A stretch of 64,000 nucleotides of DNA from Promethearchaeota archaeon (GTDB taxonomy: Archaea > Asgardarchaeota > Lokiarchaeia > Sigyniarchaeales > SOKP01), in NCBI GenBank assembly GCA_016839555.1, contig JAEOUA010000007.1, positions 96,001 through 160,000 of the forward strand. Direction: 5' to 3'. Position numbers and translations under genes: made by a program. Of the stretch, positions 19,697 through 30,114 are shown one piece after another. The notes under the pieces were generated by a model. That model was not told the DNA's origin, searched no databases, and was given only the letters and a program-made list of their open reading frames with translations. Every line of letters starts with the position of its first letter. Position 1 is the stretch's first letter.

Positions 19697-21421
19697 ATGG
19701 AATTAGAAAAATCTCCATACACCTCAAAACTTTGGGAAAAAAATTATGATGATCATATAGAACCCGATATGGAAATCAAGGAAAAATCCTTAGCTGATAC
19801 ACTGAGAGATTCTGTAAAAAATTATCCTGATTCTCTTTGCTATGAATTTATGGGGGCTACCGCAACCTACAAAGAATTTGAGAAAAATGTGATTTCTTTT
19901 GCAAACTTTCTTATAAAAAATGGTATGAAAAAAGGAGATACAATAGCGATCAACTTACCTAATTCTCCGCAATTCTTAGTTGCTCTATATGGTGCCTTCT
20001 ATGCGGGATGCGTGGTATCTGGGGTTAATTTCCTCCTTACAGCAAACGAATTAATATACCAACTTTCAGATGCTAATGCTAAAGCAATCTTAACAATGGA
20101 CTCTTTTTATGAAGAGAATGTTCGTAAAGCTTTACTTAGCGGAAAAACAAAAATAGAGATTGTGATTACTACTAATATTTCCGATATGATGGAGTTAAGT
20201 CCAATCAAAAAAGTCTTAGGAAAACTTTTAAAAAAAATACCTACTGGCGAAGTAGAGCCGATTGAAGGTTTAAAATATTTTGAATTTACAGAGATATTGG
20301 AACAATATCCAAATGATAAAGATCCTAAAGTTAAACTCGACCCTAAAAAAGATTTGGCCTTTTTGCAATATACGGGAGGGACTACTGGACCTCCAAAAGG
20401 AGCAATGCTTACTCATTATAATGAGTGGGCTAATATCAATCAAGTGACGGAATGGTGGAAAATTGATGTAGGATATGGTAAAGATATTTTTATTTCAGGC
20501 TTTCCTTTTTTCCATTTAGCGGGAATGTTTATGAACTTAGGAGCAATTGCCTACGCAGGAATGCAATTATTAATTGCTAATCCGAGAGATACCAATCATA
20601 TGGTTAAATTAATTAAAAAATGGAAACCAGACATAATGGTAAATGTCCCCACTCTCTATTTGATGCTGATTGATAATCCAAAATTTAAAGAACTGGATTT
20701 AAGCTCTATTAGAGTATATATCTCTGGAGCAGCACCTTTTCCGCCAGAAAGCATAAAGAAATTCGAGGATATCGTGGGAAAACATAAGCTTCTTGAAGTG
20801 TATGGTATGACAGAGGGCTCTCCCATAGTTACAATGAACTCCTACATAGGAGAAAGAATATTAGGAACTGTTGGGCTTCCTGTATCAAACACGCTTATAA
20901 AAGTTGTTAATGTAGAAAATAAAGAAAAAGCAGTTCCTCTTGGTGAGCCAGGGGAAATTGCCATTAAGGGTCCTCAGATTTTTCAAGGATATTGGAATAA
21001 GCCTAATGAAACGGAAAATGCCCTAAGAGAGGGGTGGTTTTTCTCCGGTGATGTGGGCATTATGGATGATGAAGGATATTTAAAAATTGTAGACCGAACT
21101 AAAGACATGATTATTGTCTCTGGATATAAAGTGTTTAGTGTAGAAGTTGATAATAAAATGGCTAAGCATCCTGCGGTGGACTTGGCATCGGCAATTGGAA
21201 TTCCAGACCCCGACCGACCAGGAAGCGAGAAAGTTAAACTTTATATAAAATTAAAGCAAGGATATAAACCTAGTGAAGAAATCAAAAAAGATATAATGAA
21301 ATTTGCTCAAGAAAATTTAGCTAAATATAAAGTTCCTGAGTCAATTGTTCTGGTTGAGGAAATTCCGTTGACCACAGTGGGGAAAATAGATAAAAAAGCA
21401 TTAAGAGCGCAGGAAGAATAA
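19697..21421 (+). CDS. Long-chain fatty-acid--CoA ligase
   Basis: LQYTGGTTGPPKG, YGMTE, SGDVG, DRTKDMIIVSG, GKIDKKAL. Confidence 0.9.
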   Translation: MELEKSPYTSKLWEKNYDDHIEPDMEIKEKSLADTLRDSVKNYPDSLCYEFMGATATYKEFEKNVISFANFLIKNGMKKGDTIAINLPNSPQFLVALYGAFYAGCVVSGVNFLLTANELIYQLSDANAKAILTMDSFYEENVRKALLSGKTKIEIVITTNISDMMELSPIKKVLGKLLKKIPTGEVEPIEGLKYFEFTEILEQYPNDKDPKVKLDPKKDLAFLQYTGGTTGPPKGAMLTHYNEWANINQVTEWWKIDVGYGKDIFISGFPFFHLAGMFMNLGAIAYAGMQLLIANPRDTNHMVKLIKKWKPDIMVNVPTLYLMLIDNPKFKELDLSSIRVYISGAAPFPPESIKKFEDIVGKHKLLEVYGMTEGSPIVTMNSYIGERILGTVGLPVSNTLIKVVNVENKEKAVPLGEPGEIAIKGPQIFQGYWNKPNETENALREGWFFSGDVGIMDDEGYLKIVDRTKDMIIVSGYKVFSVEVDNKMAKHPAVDLASAIGIPDPDRPGSEKVKLYIKLKQGYKPSEEIKKDIMKFAQENLAKYKVPESIVLVEEIPLTTVGKIDKKALRAQEE

Positions 21422-21547
21422 TTTTTAATCCTTTTTCTTTTATTTATTAAAATTAGAAATTTAATTTTTATATTTTCTTAACCTTTTTTTTATTATTATT
21501 CTTTTTTTTATTATTATTATTATTTAATTTATAAAGTGGTTGATTAA

Positions 21548-22831
21548 ATGGTTGGAAAACAAGGAAAGGTAGGATGTATTAATGATAAAATTCTAAAGCA
21601 AATGAGCTTGAAAAAACGTTATAATTTCTTGAATATTAACTTAATGAATGTTCTTAGGCCAGAGAATTTTAATTTTTTAAAGGAAACGCAAAAATTTTAT
21701 ATAAAGTTTGAGAAGGAGCATAATATAACACATACCGAGGATTTTTATCAATGGATTCCCGAAATTGGTAAACAAGGGTTAGTTTCAAGAGTAAACAATT
21801 TTGCTGAAATAGGAGTAAATTATCCAGAATATGGTATGACAGCAGAATTTATGAGAATATTAGCTACGGATTTTTTTGATCCACAACTTACCATGGGAAT
21901 GGGTGCTACTGTATTAGCTATAAATCCATTGCTACTTCATCATCAGAATGTAGATATTCGATTAAAAGTCATGAAAGAATTAGTAGTTGGGGAAAAAATA
22001 GGTTGTATATGTATCACAGAACCAGAAAGAGGATCTGATGCAGTGCATATGCTCACTACATGTGAACAGCAAGCAGATGGTAGTTTTCTTATAAATGGGC
22101 AAAAAATTTTTCAAACTAATGGAAGTAAAGCAGATTGGGCAGTAGTTTATGCGGTATCAGAAAAAAATAATGGAAACACAATGGGGCAATTCTTAGTGGA
22201 TACTTCTTGGGATGGCTGGCATTCAGAAAGAGTCAATATACCATGGACACCCCGAATATATATTGGAAAAGAGACTTTTACTGATTTACACGTTCCCAAA
22301 GAATATGTATTAGGAAATCCTGGGCAAGGAAAGGAACATCTTTTTGAAGGATTAAATTTAGAAAGATTGGGAATAGTATTTTTAAATTTAGCGGAAGCTT
22401 GGAACGCTTTATCTCATGCGGTGATATATCTTAATTTAAGAGAGCAATTCGATGAACCAGTGTTAAAATATCAGGGTGTTGGGTTTCCATTAACAAATCT
22501 GTGGGCAAAAACTATGAATTTAACGCTTGCAGCATTGCATATCAGTCAAATTGTAGATAGAGAAATGGGAGAACATAAAGGTACTCTTCCGAAGCAACTT
22601 AACTTAGCCTTGGGAGTAAATGCTTCTCAATTAAAATCTCAGAGTGCTAAATTATCAGAGCGGGTATGCTATGAATGTGCTAATCTAATGGGTGGTGCTG
22701 GGGCTTGCGATAATACATTAATGGAAGATTTATTAGGCATCTCTCGGATACAGGAAATGGGAGGAGGTACCAGACAAATACAGCAATATATAATGTCTTT
22801 TTCTCTACGGAAAATATTTAAGATGTTGTAA
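21548..22831 (+). CDS. Acyl-CoA dehydrogenase family protein
   Basis: CITEPERGSD, INGQKIFQTN, REQFDEP, GGGTRQIQ. Confidence 0.88.
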   Translation: MVGKQGKVGCINDKILKQMSLKKRYNFLNINLMNVLRPENFNFLKETQKFYIKFEKEHNITHTEDFYQWIPEIGKQGLVSRVNNFAEIGVNYPEYGMTAEFMRILATDFFDPQLTMGMGATVLAINPLLLHHQNVDIRLKVMKELVVGEKIGCICITEPERGSDAVHMLTTCEQQADGSFLINGQKIFQTNGSKADWAVVYAVSEKNNGNTMGQFLVDTSWDGWHSERVNIPWTPRIYIGKETFTDLHVPKEYVLGNPGQGKEHLFEGLNLERLGIVFLNLAEAWNALSHAVIYLNLREQFDEPVLKYQGVGFPLTNLWAKTMNLTLAALHISQIVDREMGEHKGTLPKQLNLALGVNASQLKSQSAKLSERVCYECANLMGGAGACDNTLMEDLLGISRIQEMGGGTRQIQQYIMSFSLRKIFKML

Positions 22832-23103
22832 ACACACTGTTTTAGAACACAGCTTAATAATAAATAAAAGCTTTTTTTTTTAACTTTTAAATCTTATAAT
22901 AAAAGATACCATATTCCATCTTCATAGGATTAATCAATAAAAAAAAATAGCTTAATTTAGATTAATTAGTTAATCCTTTTATTATATTATTATTACAAAA
23001 TTTTAATTTAAAATAGCTGAATGTTATTAAATTAAATATACTAATTAAAAAAAGTCTGATCTATTCAAAACAATCAATAAGCTAAGTAAGGATGATATTA
23101 AAA

Positions 23104-23126
23104 AAGTAAGATTTATATTCTTACTT
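23104..23126 (+). promoter_or_regulatory. Inverted-repeat operator enclosing a TATA box upstream of the TA operon
   Basis: AAGTAAGA-TTTATAT-TCTTACTT, perfect 8-bp arms; an extra AAGTAAG half-site at 23084-23090. Confidence 0.6.
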
Positions 23127-23148
23127 ATCATAAATAATATGAAAAATA

Positions 23149-23388
23149 ATGGAAATTAAAACTAGCAAACTCTCTACTAAAGGTCAAATAACTATTCCTA
23201 AAGAATTTAGGGATAAACTACATCTTCGCGCTGGAGATGAATTAATAATCTATTTTAAAGATGGTGAAATTATAATTAAACCTAAACCAACTCACTTAGG
23301 TATGCTACGAGGATTACTAAGAGAAGATATTAATCTAGAAAAAGCAGAGGAGTTTATTCAATCTGAAAGAAAAAAGTGGAGAGTTTGA
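23149..23388 (+). CDS. AbrB/MazE/SpoVT-family antitoxin (VapB-type)
   Basis: SKLSTKGQITIPKEFRDKLHLRAGDEL; 1-bp gap before a PIN gene. Confidence 0.88.
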   Translation: MEIKTSKLSTKGQITIPKEFRDKLHLRAGDELIIYFKDGEIIIKPKPTHLGMLRGLLREDINLEKAEEFIQSERKKWRV

Positions 23389-23389
23389 A

Positions 23390-23794
23390 GTGGAATCTTA
23401 TATCGTTGATACAGTTGCCTTTTTAGCTTACTTGGCAGATAAACTCCCTTCTAACGCAGATATTCTTTTCAAAAAAGCAGAAAAACAAAAAGTAAAATTT
23501 TACTTACCTTCAATTGTTTTTGGTGAAACTCTTTATACAATTTATAAAGGAAAAGATATTTTTGGAAAAAATATACCTATAGAAAAAATAGATTTAATTT
23601 TTCAAATATTAAAAAATGAAGAAACATTAGAATTAGTAAATTTAAATTTAGAAGCATGGCGGATTTTTCATACATTAGAAGTGCCAGAACTGCATGATCG
23701 AATGGTTGTTGCAACTCATCATTATTTCAATACTAAAGCAATTATAACAAATGACCCCGAAATTTCTAAAATAGCGGATTCTATCTGGGAATAA
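23390..23794 (+). CDS. vapC: PIN-domain toxin (VapC-type ribonuclease)
   Basis: YIVDT, conserved E in VFGET, ELHDRMVVAT, IITND acidic residues. Confidence 0.85.
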   Translation: MESYIVDTVAFLAYLADKLPSNADILFKKAEKQKVKFYLPSIVFGETLYTIYKGKDIFGKNIPIEKIDLIFQILKNEETLELVNLNLEAWRIFHTLEVPELHDRMVVATHHYFNTKAIITNDPEISKIADSIWE

Positions 23795-23851
23795 TATAAA
23801 TTAGAAAAAATAAAATCTTACAAGTTAAAAAAAGATCTAAAATCTTTATTT

Positions 23852-24703
23852 TTAAGATTTTAAAAAGTCAATAATATGTTTATTGATAATCGATGGAAAT
23901 TCTAATACAGACTGATGTCCGGCATTCTCAATTACAACCATTTTACTGTTTGGAAGGAGTTCATGTATTTTTTCATTCATCGTCAAAGGACAACTTTTAT
24001 CTTTTTCAGCAGCTATTACAAGTACTTCAATTTGTACAGTAGGCAATTTTTCATATACATTATGAGTTGCGAGGGCTTCTGCTTGATGGATAATATCCTT
24101 CTTAGTAGGTCCATATTCTGTCTTTTCCTTTACAAGGTCTTTAACTGACCATATTCCATGGAATTTTTTATCGGGATTTTCCACCATTTCCTTATAAAAT
24201 TTTCTCGTATAGCTTCCTTTAGCACCCTTAAGGAAATTGTTCAAAGGGTCTTTTTTCCGAAGTTCTAAATTATTGACCGCATTTTCACGATACATTTTTA
24301 CTCCTTGTTCATTTGGAATTCCAGGAGGGGTCATTCCTGGAATGGTATTAATTAATATTGCTTTTTTAACTTTTTCTGGAAAATAAATTAAGAAGTTCTG
24401 GACAATCATCCCTCCCAAAGAATGACCTATAATATGTGTTTTCTTGATTCCTAAAACATCCAATAAACCGGCAATATCGGAAGCGTATATTTTCATTGAA
24501 TAATTCCCCTCCGGTCTATCACTTTTACCCGCCCCTCGATTGTCTAATCGAATAACTTTAAAATATTTTGATAATTCGCCTACTTGAGCACGCCAATGTT
24601 CCTTTCTGTCACTAAACCCATGAACTAATACGACGGGCTCCCCTTCTCCATGTATATCATAGCAAAGTTTTATTCCATTTACTTCAGCAAATAAATCTGT
24701 CAT
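23852..24703 (-). CDS. Alpha/beta hydrolase
   Basis: LVHGF, DNRGAGKS, nucleophile elbow GHSLGG, AGH. Confidence 0.9.
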   Translation of the reverse strand: MTDLFAEVNGIKLCYDIHGEGEPVVLVHGFSDRKEHWRAQVGELSKYFKVIRLDNRGAGKSDRPEGNYSMKIYASDIAGLLDVLGIKKTHIIGHSLGGMIVQNFLIYFPEKVKKAILINTIPGMTPPGIPNEQGVKMYRENAVNNLELRKKDPLNNFLKGAKGSYTRKFYKEMVENPDKKFHGIWSVKDLVKEKTEYGPTKKDIIHQAEALATHNVYEKLPTVQIEVLVIAAEKDKSCPLTMNEKIHELLPNSKMVVIENAGHQSVLEFPSIINKHIIDFLKS

Positions 24704-24765
24704 ATAATCTTCATTTTATTTAATAATATATAAAAATTTGTATAAAATCATTATTTATACTTATT

Positions 24766-25110
24766 ATGATTAAAAAAAGCTATAAAGATGTGAAAAAAGA
24801 AAGAGTCACAAAAGCAAATTCAACGAAAACATCTGTGAGATGGTTAATCACTGAAGAGGATGGACCCACTCATTTCGCTACAAGGCGGTTTGAAATAGAA
24901 CCTGGTGGACAAATTGGTATTCATAATCATGATGAAGAGCATCATATCTATGTATTAGATGGACAAGCAGAATTTATTAATGGAATAGGAAACTCGATCA
25001 TTGCTATAAAAGATGACATAATTTACATACCTCCAAATGAAGATCACGGGATAAGAAACAATAATGATGAGCCTTTTATATTCATTTGCATAATTCCATA
25101 CTTAAAATAA
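24766..25110 (+). CDS. Cupin domain protein
   Basis: HNHDEEH...YVLDG and IYIPPNEDHG cupin motifs. Confidence 0.88.
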   Translation: MIKKSYKDVKKERVTKANSTKTSVRWLITEEDGPTHFATRRFEIEPGGQIGIHNHDEEHHIYVLDGQAEFINGIGNSIIAIKDDIIYIPPNEDHGIRNNNDEPFIFICIIPYLK

Positions 25111-25236
25111 AAATAAAATTATTATTTTTTAAATTTCTCTGAAAATAATAGAAATAATTAAAAAGATAATCATTTAATAGAATATTATAATTGAAAAAAT
25201 CATCAAATAAAGAAACAATAGAAAGAAGGTAATATA

Positions 25237-26058
25237 ATGAATATTTCTGAGATTAAAGATATTAAATATAAGAAAGAGGAAAATGGGGTATGTACTCTTA
25301 CTATTGATGTACCTAAGAGAAAGAACGCAATGTCATTTGTCACTTTTTTAGAAATAGAAACTGTATTAGAGGATATGCAGAAAGATGATAATGCAAAAGT
25401 ATTAATTATTACGGGAGCAAAAGAAGCAAATGCTTTCTCTAGTGGAGGATATTTCAATATGAATATTTATCCCTCTCTGCCTCCTGAAATTTTGAAAGAA
25501 ATTGATCTTACCGATATTGCAATTAAGCGATTATGTCTGAAATTCTGGAAATTCTCAAAACCCGTAATTGCAGCTATAAATGGTTTAGCTGTTGGTGCAG
25601 GATTTACAATGCCACTTTCCTGTGCAGACCTAATCTATATGGCAGAAGATGCATATATTGGCTTTTATTTCATTCGAAGAGGAGTGATGGCAGAATTTGC
25701 TTCTGATTTTCTCCTTCCATTTTATCTTGGATTTCAAAAAGCAAAAGAGTTATTGTATTTTGGAAAAAAGATATCTGCAGAGCAGGCTTTAGAATTAGGC
25801 TTAATTAATGAGGTGGTAAAACCCGAGGCATTAATGGATTATGTTAGAGAAAAGGCAATGCAATTAATTCCACCGAAAGCGCCAAGTTTATCAATAAAAT
25901 ACATAAAAAAAACCATGCATGATTATTTTAGTGATATTCTTTCAAGAACACTAGATTTGGAAAATGAAGGTTTAAGGAAGCTTCTGACCACTCATGATTT
26001 TCGTGAATCCTTAAAGTCTTTAGTGACAAAAAAAGAGCCTCAGTTTAAAGGAAAATAA
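25237..26058 (+). CDS. Crotonase-fold enoyl-CoA hydratase/isomerase family protein
   Basis: AFSSGG, KPVIAAINGLAVGAG, ISAEQALELGLIN. Confidence 0.88.
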   Translation: MNISEIKDIKYKKEENGVCTLTIDVPKRKNAMSFVTFLEIETVLEDMQKDDNAKVLIITGAKEANAFSSGGYFNMNIYPSLPPEILKEIDLTDIAIKRLCLKFWKFSKPVIAAINGLAVGAGFTMPLSCADLIYMAEDAYIGFYFIRRGVMAEFASDFLLPFYLGFQKAKELLYFGKKISAEQALELGLINEVVKPEALMDYVREKAMQLIPPKAPSLSIKYIKKTMHDYFSDILSRTLDLENEGLRKLLTTHDFRESLKSLVTKKEPQFKGK

Positions 26059-26171
26059 GAAATCAACCTATTATTAAATAATCATAATAATCTTTATTTT
26101 TAATAGATTCATATATTTGAATTATAATTCTTTTTTCGATAGATGTATCATATAGTATTTAGAAAAAACCT

Positions 26172-27854
26172 ATGAATGAGAAAGCAAAATTCATATTTTG
26201 TACGGGCGGTGTAATGTCAGGCATAGGAAAAGGAGTAGCCACCGCAAGTATAGGTAAAATCCTACAATTTAGAGGATTTAATATTTCTGTTGTTAAAATC
26301 GACCCTTATTTAAATGTAGATCCTGGAACTCTTAACCCTTTAGAGCATGGGGAATGTTTTATTACGGAGGATGTATGGGATTTCAGACCCGTTCCTGATT
26401 CAGATGAAAGAGTTTATAGAATAAGTGAAATTGACCAAGATTTCGGAACTTATGAGAGATTTCTGGGCATCACCATTCACCCTTCAAATAATATTACTTC
26501 CGGTCAGATATATTTATCAACCATTCTAAGAGAACGAAAAGGGCGGTTTCTTGGAAGAACCGTTCAGTTAATACCACATGTTACGGATATGATTAAAAGT
26601 CGATTATCTGAAATTGCTCAAAAGGAAGACTTGGATGTTCTTTTAGTAGAATGCGGAGGTACAGTAGGTGATTTAGAGTCAAGTATATTTTTAGAAAGCT
26701 TTCGACAACTGCGATTAGAATTGCCAAAAAATAAAACCGCATTTGTTCACGTCACCCTTGTTCCATATTCCAAAGCAGTTGGTCAACAAAAATCGAAACC
26801 GACTCAACATTCAGTTAAAATGCTGCAAAGCGCTGGACTCCAGCCAGATATTATTATTGGAAGGAGTGAAAAGCCATTAGAAGAAGATATCAGAAATAAA
26901 ATCTCCTTATTTTCAAATGTTCCAAAAGAAGCAGTTATTTCAAATCCAGATTTAGAAAATATATATGAGTTACCTTTATTATTTGAAGAACAAAATCTGG
27001 GGGATCTATTATGCGAAATATTAGATCTAAAAGCAAAATTAGTGTCTTATAGTGAAATTACCAATTTTTCTGAATGGAAAAAGACTGTCAAATTATTTAA
27101 TGAAGCAGTTAAGCCAGTTAAAATTGGGATGCCTGGGAAATATTTCAATATTACAGATTCCTATATCTCGATAAATGATGCATTAGAACATGCCGCGGTC
27201 CATCAAGGTTATAAAACAGACCTTAAAATGATTAATATTGATGAAACTACTAATATAAGCGAAGAATTAAAAGATTGCGATGGGATTCTACTTACACCCG
27301 GATTTGGAGAGAGAGCAGTAGAGGGTATGATTAGTGCTGCTGAATACGCGATGGAAAATAAAATACCTTTCCTTGGTATTTGCTTTGGGGCTCAATTGTT
27401 TTGGATTGCTTTTTGTAGAAAATATTTAGGATTAGAGGCAGCAAACTCTACAGAAATCAACAAAGATACTCCTTATCCAGTCGTGGATTTATTAGAAAGT
27501 CAAAAACATGTGACTGAAAAAGGAGGCACAATGAGATTAGGCGGATTAGATGTATATTTACGAGAAAATACAAAATTATTTGAGGCTTATGGAGAAAAAA
27601 TCATTAGGGAACGATTTCGTCATAGATATCATATCAATTCTAACTATATTAACGAAGAAGCCAGGGAAAAAGGAATGATTGTTTCCAGTACTGATGAGAC
27701 AGGAAAAATTATCAATAGTATTGAGCTTAATCGTCCCGATCACTGGATGGTAGGCACGCAATTTCATCCAGAATTTAAATCTGCTCCTTTTAAACCTTCT
27801 CCGGTATATTCAGCGTTCATTAAAGAAGCAATAAAATATAAAAATAATAAATAA
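26172..27854 (+). CDS. pyrG: CTP synthase
   Basis: GGVMSGIGKG, KIDPYLNVDPGT, GGTVGD, KPTQHSV, GICFG, ERFRHRY, QFHPEF. Confidence 0.96.
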   Translation: MNEKAKFIFCTGGVMSGIGKGVATASIGKILQFRGFNISVVKIDPYLNVDPGTLNPLEHGECFITEDVWDFRPVPDSDERVYRISEIDQDFGTYERFLGITIHPSNNITSGQIYLSTILRERKGRFLGRTVQLIPHVTDMIKSRLSEIAQKEDLDVLLVECGGTVGDLESSIFLESFRQLRLELPKNKTAFVHVTLVPYSKAVGQQKSKPTQHSVKMLQSAGLQPDIIIGRSEKPLEEDIRNKISLFSNVPKEAVISNPDLENIYELPLLFEEQNLGDLLCEILDLKAKLVSYSEITNFSEWKKTVKLFNEAVKPVKIGMPGKYFNITDSYISINDALEHAAVHQGYKTDLKMINIDETTNISEELKDCDGILLTPGFGERAVEGMISAAEYAMENKIPFLGICFGAQLFWIAFCRKYLGLEAANSTEINKDTPYPVVDLLESQKHVTEKGGTMRLGGLDVYLRENTKLFEAYGEKIIRERFRHRYHINSNYINEEAREKGMIVSSTDETGKIINSIELNRPDHWMVGTQFHPEFKSAPFKPSPVYSAFIKEAIKYKNNK

Positions 27855-27980
27855 AAAGAATTCTTCTTCTAAAAATCGTGAAAAAGACTTTTTATAAAAC
27901 TATTAAACTAATAATCCTTGAGAAAGTCTTTAGTAGAATTATAACATGATAGAAGGCTTTAATCAATACTTTAGTGATAA

Positions 27981-28949
27981 ATGATGATTCCATTAAATGT
28001 AAAAAAGCAAATTATAAGTGAATTCGCTAAAAATAAAAAATTAACACTTGCTCAAAAAGAAAGATTACTTTTTTTAATCGCTATGACCCGAGTATCTTAT
28101 GAAATTGGGGAGCACTTTTCTAAATATATTAAAAAAAACCGCGTGGATATTCAAGCTTTTTTACATAATTTAGATTCTGAAAGTAAAAATGAAGTAAAAA
28201 TTATATTAAAAGATCTTGAATATATGAATACTTTTACAGTAATAGACACAATAAAAAGAATTTTTAACAGAGTGGATGAAATCATGGAGCATATAAACGA
28301 TATAGAAGTCATTAAAAAAAAATATGTCTTATCAATGGATTTTTATCAAGAATCCGTTTTTAAATTTAAACATGGATTAAAATTTTTACCACATGATCGT
28401 ATAAGATCTTTAGAGGATAAAGACTTTCTCGATTGTGGAGCTTTTGTTGGTGAGTCAGCTTTGATGTTTGAAAGGGATTATCACCCAAAGAAAATTTATT
28501 CCTTTGAACCACTGCTAGATAATTATACTTTGCTCCTAGATACTATAAAAATAAATAATTTAAATAAAGTTATTCCTATTAATAAGGGTGTAGGGAAAAA
28601 GAGTGGTACTGCGTATATCTGTGCTCAAGGCTCTGCTTCATATATATCTGATAAAAATGGGGATGTTAAAATAGAACTTATATCAATTGATGAATTTACA
28701 ATTGAAAGGAATCTTTCTGTTGGATTAATAAAATTAGATGTTGAAGGCTATGAATTTGCCGCATTAGAAGGAGCAAAAAAGACAATAGAAAAATTTAAGC
28801 CAGTATTATTAATTGGTATATATCATAATCCAGAGGAATTTTTTGGTACCATACGATATATTCAATCCATACTGTCAAGTTATAGGTTTAGAATTAAGCA
28901 CTTGGTTGATCTTGTACCGCTAAATGAGACCTATCTCATCGCTTGGTAA
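27981..28949 (+). CDS. FkbM-family SAM-dependent methyltransferase
   Basis: FLDCGAFVGES, IYSFEP, IKLDVEGYE, KPVLLIGIYH. Confidence 0.88.
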   Translation: MMIPLNVKKQIISEFAKNKKLTLAQKERLLFLIAMTRVSYEIGEHFSKYIKKNRVDIQAFLHNLDSESKNEVKIILKDLEYMNTFTVIDTIKRIFNRVDEIMEHINDIEVIKKKYVLSMDFYQESVFKFKHGLKFLPHDRIRSLEDKDFLDCGAFVGESALMFERDYHPKKIYSFEPLLDNYTLLLDTIKINNLNKVIPINKGVGKKSGTAYICAQGSASYISDKNGDVKIELISIDEFTIERNLSVGLIKLDVEGYEFAALEGAKKTIEKFKPVLLIGIYHNPEEFFGTIRYIQSILSSYRFRIKHLVDLVPLNETYLIAW

Positions 28950-28986
28950 AATTTATCGTATAAGCTTAATAATCACCAAAATTAAT

Positions 28987-29913
28987 TTATTGCTTTAATA
29001 TTACGCCTTTTTTATTCAAATTTTTCAATAAACCTTCTGTTTTTGATATTTCATCGATCATTAATGGATTTCCTTTTATCCAGAGTGCCTTTAATTTTGA
29101 TAAACTAAGTAAAGCTTCTGGAAGACTTGATAAGTGATTGTTATATAATCTTAACTCCTTAAGTGATGATAAATTTGCTATACTTTCTGGAATTTTCTTC
29201 AACTGGTTATTCCCAACCCATAATTTTTCAAGAGTTCTCAAGTTTCCAATCAATTTTGGAATTCTGGTTAGATTATTATCGTCTAAAACAAGTTTTTCAA
29301 GTGAAGAAAGGTTTCCAATCGATTCAGGAATACTGGTTAACTGATTTTCATGTAAATACAATATTTTGAGTGATGATAGGTTTCCAATGGTTTTTGGAAG
29401 AGTTTTCAGTTGATTACGCTCTAAACCAAGAGTTTTTAGTGAGGAAAGGGTTCCAATCGATTCTGGGAGATCGGTTAGTTTATTATTACTCAAACAGAAA
29501 TATTTAAGCGATTTAAGATTAGATATTGACTCTGGAAGCCTTTCTAAATAGTTATCACTTAAAAATAATGCTTGGAGTGATTCTAACTTTATTATGAATT
29601 CTGGAAAAGTCTTTAATTGATTTTCATTTAAATATAGTTTTTCAAGTGATGTAAGATTTTGGATTGATTTCGGGATAATTAATTCTCTGTGTTTATAAAT
29701 CCCAATTCCAGAAATTCGATTTTTTTTCACCGTAAATCCCATTTTAGTATACCATCTAAGTTTGTCAACTTTTCTAAATTCAGAATTTACAAGAGTTTCA
29801 AATTCTTGCAAGATATTAGCTTCGAATTGAGGTATTTTAGCGCTTCTAAAGGAAACAATTTGTTGCAATTCTGATTTCTTCTTTCTCTTTTTCAAATTTT
29901 TGAAATTATTCAT
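28987..29913 (-). CDS. Leucine-rich repeat protein (~9 repeats of 23 aa)
   Basis: Repeated LPESIGNLSSLKxLxLxxNQL units after a non-repetitive N-cap. Confidence 0.9.
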   Translation of the reverse strand: MNNFKNLKKRKKKSELQQIVSFRSAKIPQFEANILQEFETLVNSEFRKVDKLRWYTKMGFTVKKNRISGIGIYKHRELIIPKSIQNLTSLEKLYLNENQLKTFPEFIIKLESLQALFLSDNYLERLPESISNLKSLKYFCLSNNKLTDLPESIGTLSSLKTLGLERNQLKTLPKTIGNLSSLKILYLHENQLTSIPESIGNLSSLEKLVLDDNNLTRIPKLIGNLRTLEKLWVGNNQLKKIPESIANLSSLKELRLYNNHLSSLPEALLSLSKLKALWIKGNPLMIDEISKTEGLLKNLNKKGVILKQ

Positions 29914-30114
29914 ATCCCTTTCTCACTTGAAAGCTATATTCCATAATAAATTGAAAGCTTAATTGAATTGTCATTTCTATAATTGAACTGTTTCTTTGAA
30001 AATCAAGTATTTATAAATTTTTAAATTTTTATATTTGTTAAGTTTATTATATTAAATAAGAAAGCATTTTCAATGCCATCAATATCATTTCTAAAATAAG
30101 AAAAAAATTTACTA

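Noticed and set aside
28987-29913. 69-bp periodic repeats as a CRISPR array or mobile repeat
   Set aside because: They are degenerate coding repeats of the 23-aa LRR unit, with no unique spacers and no cas genes.
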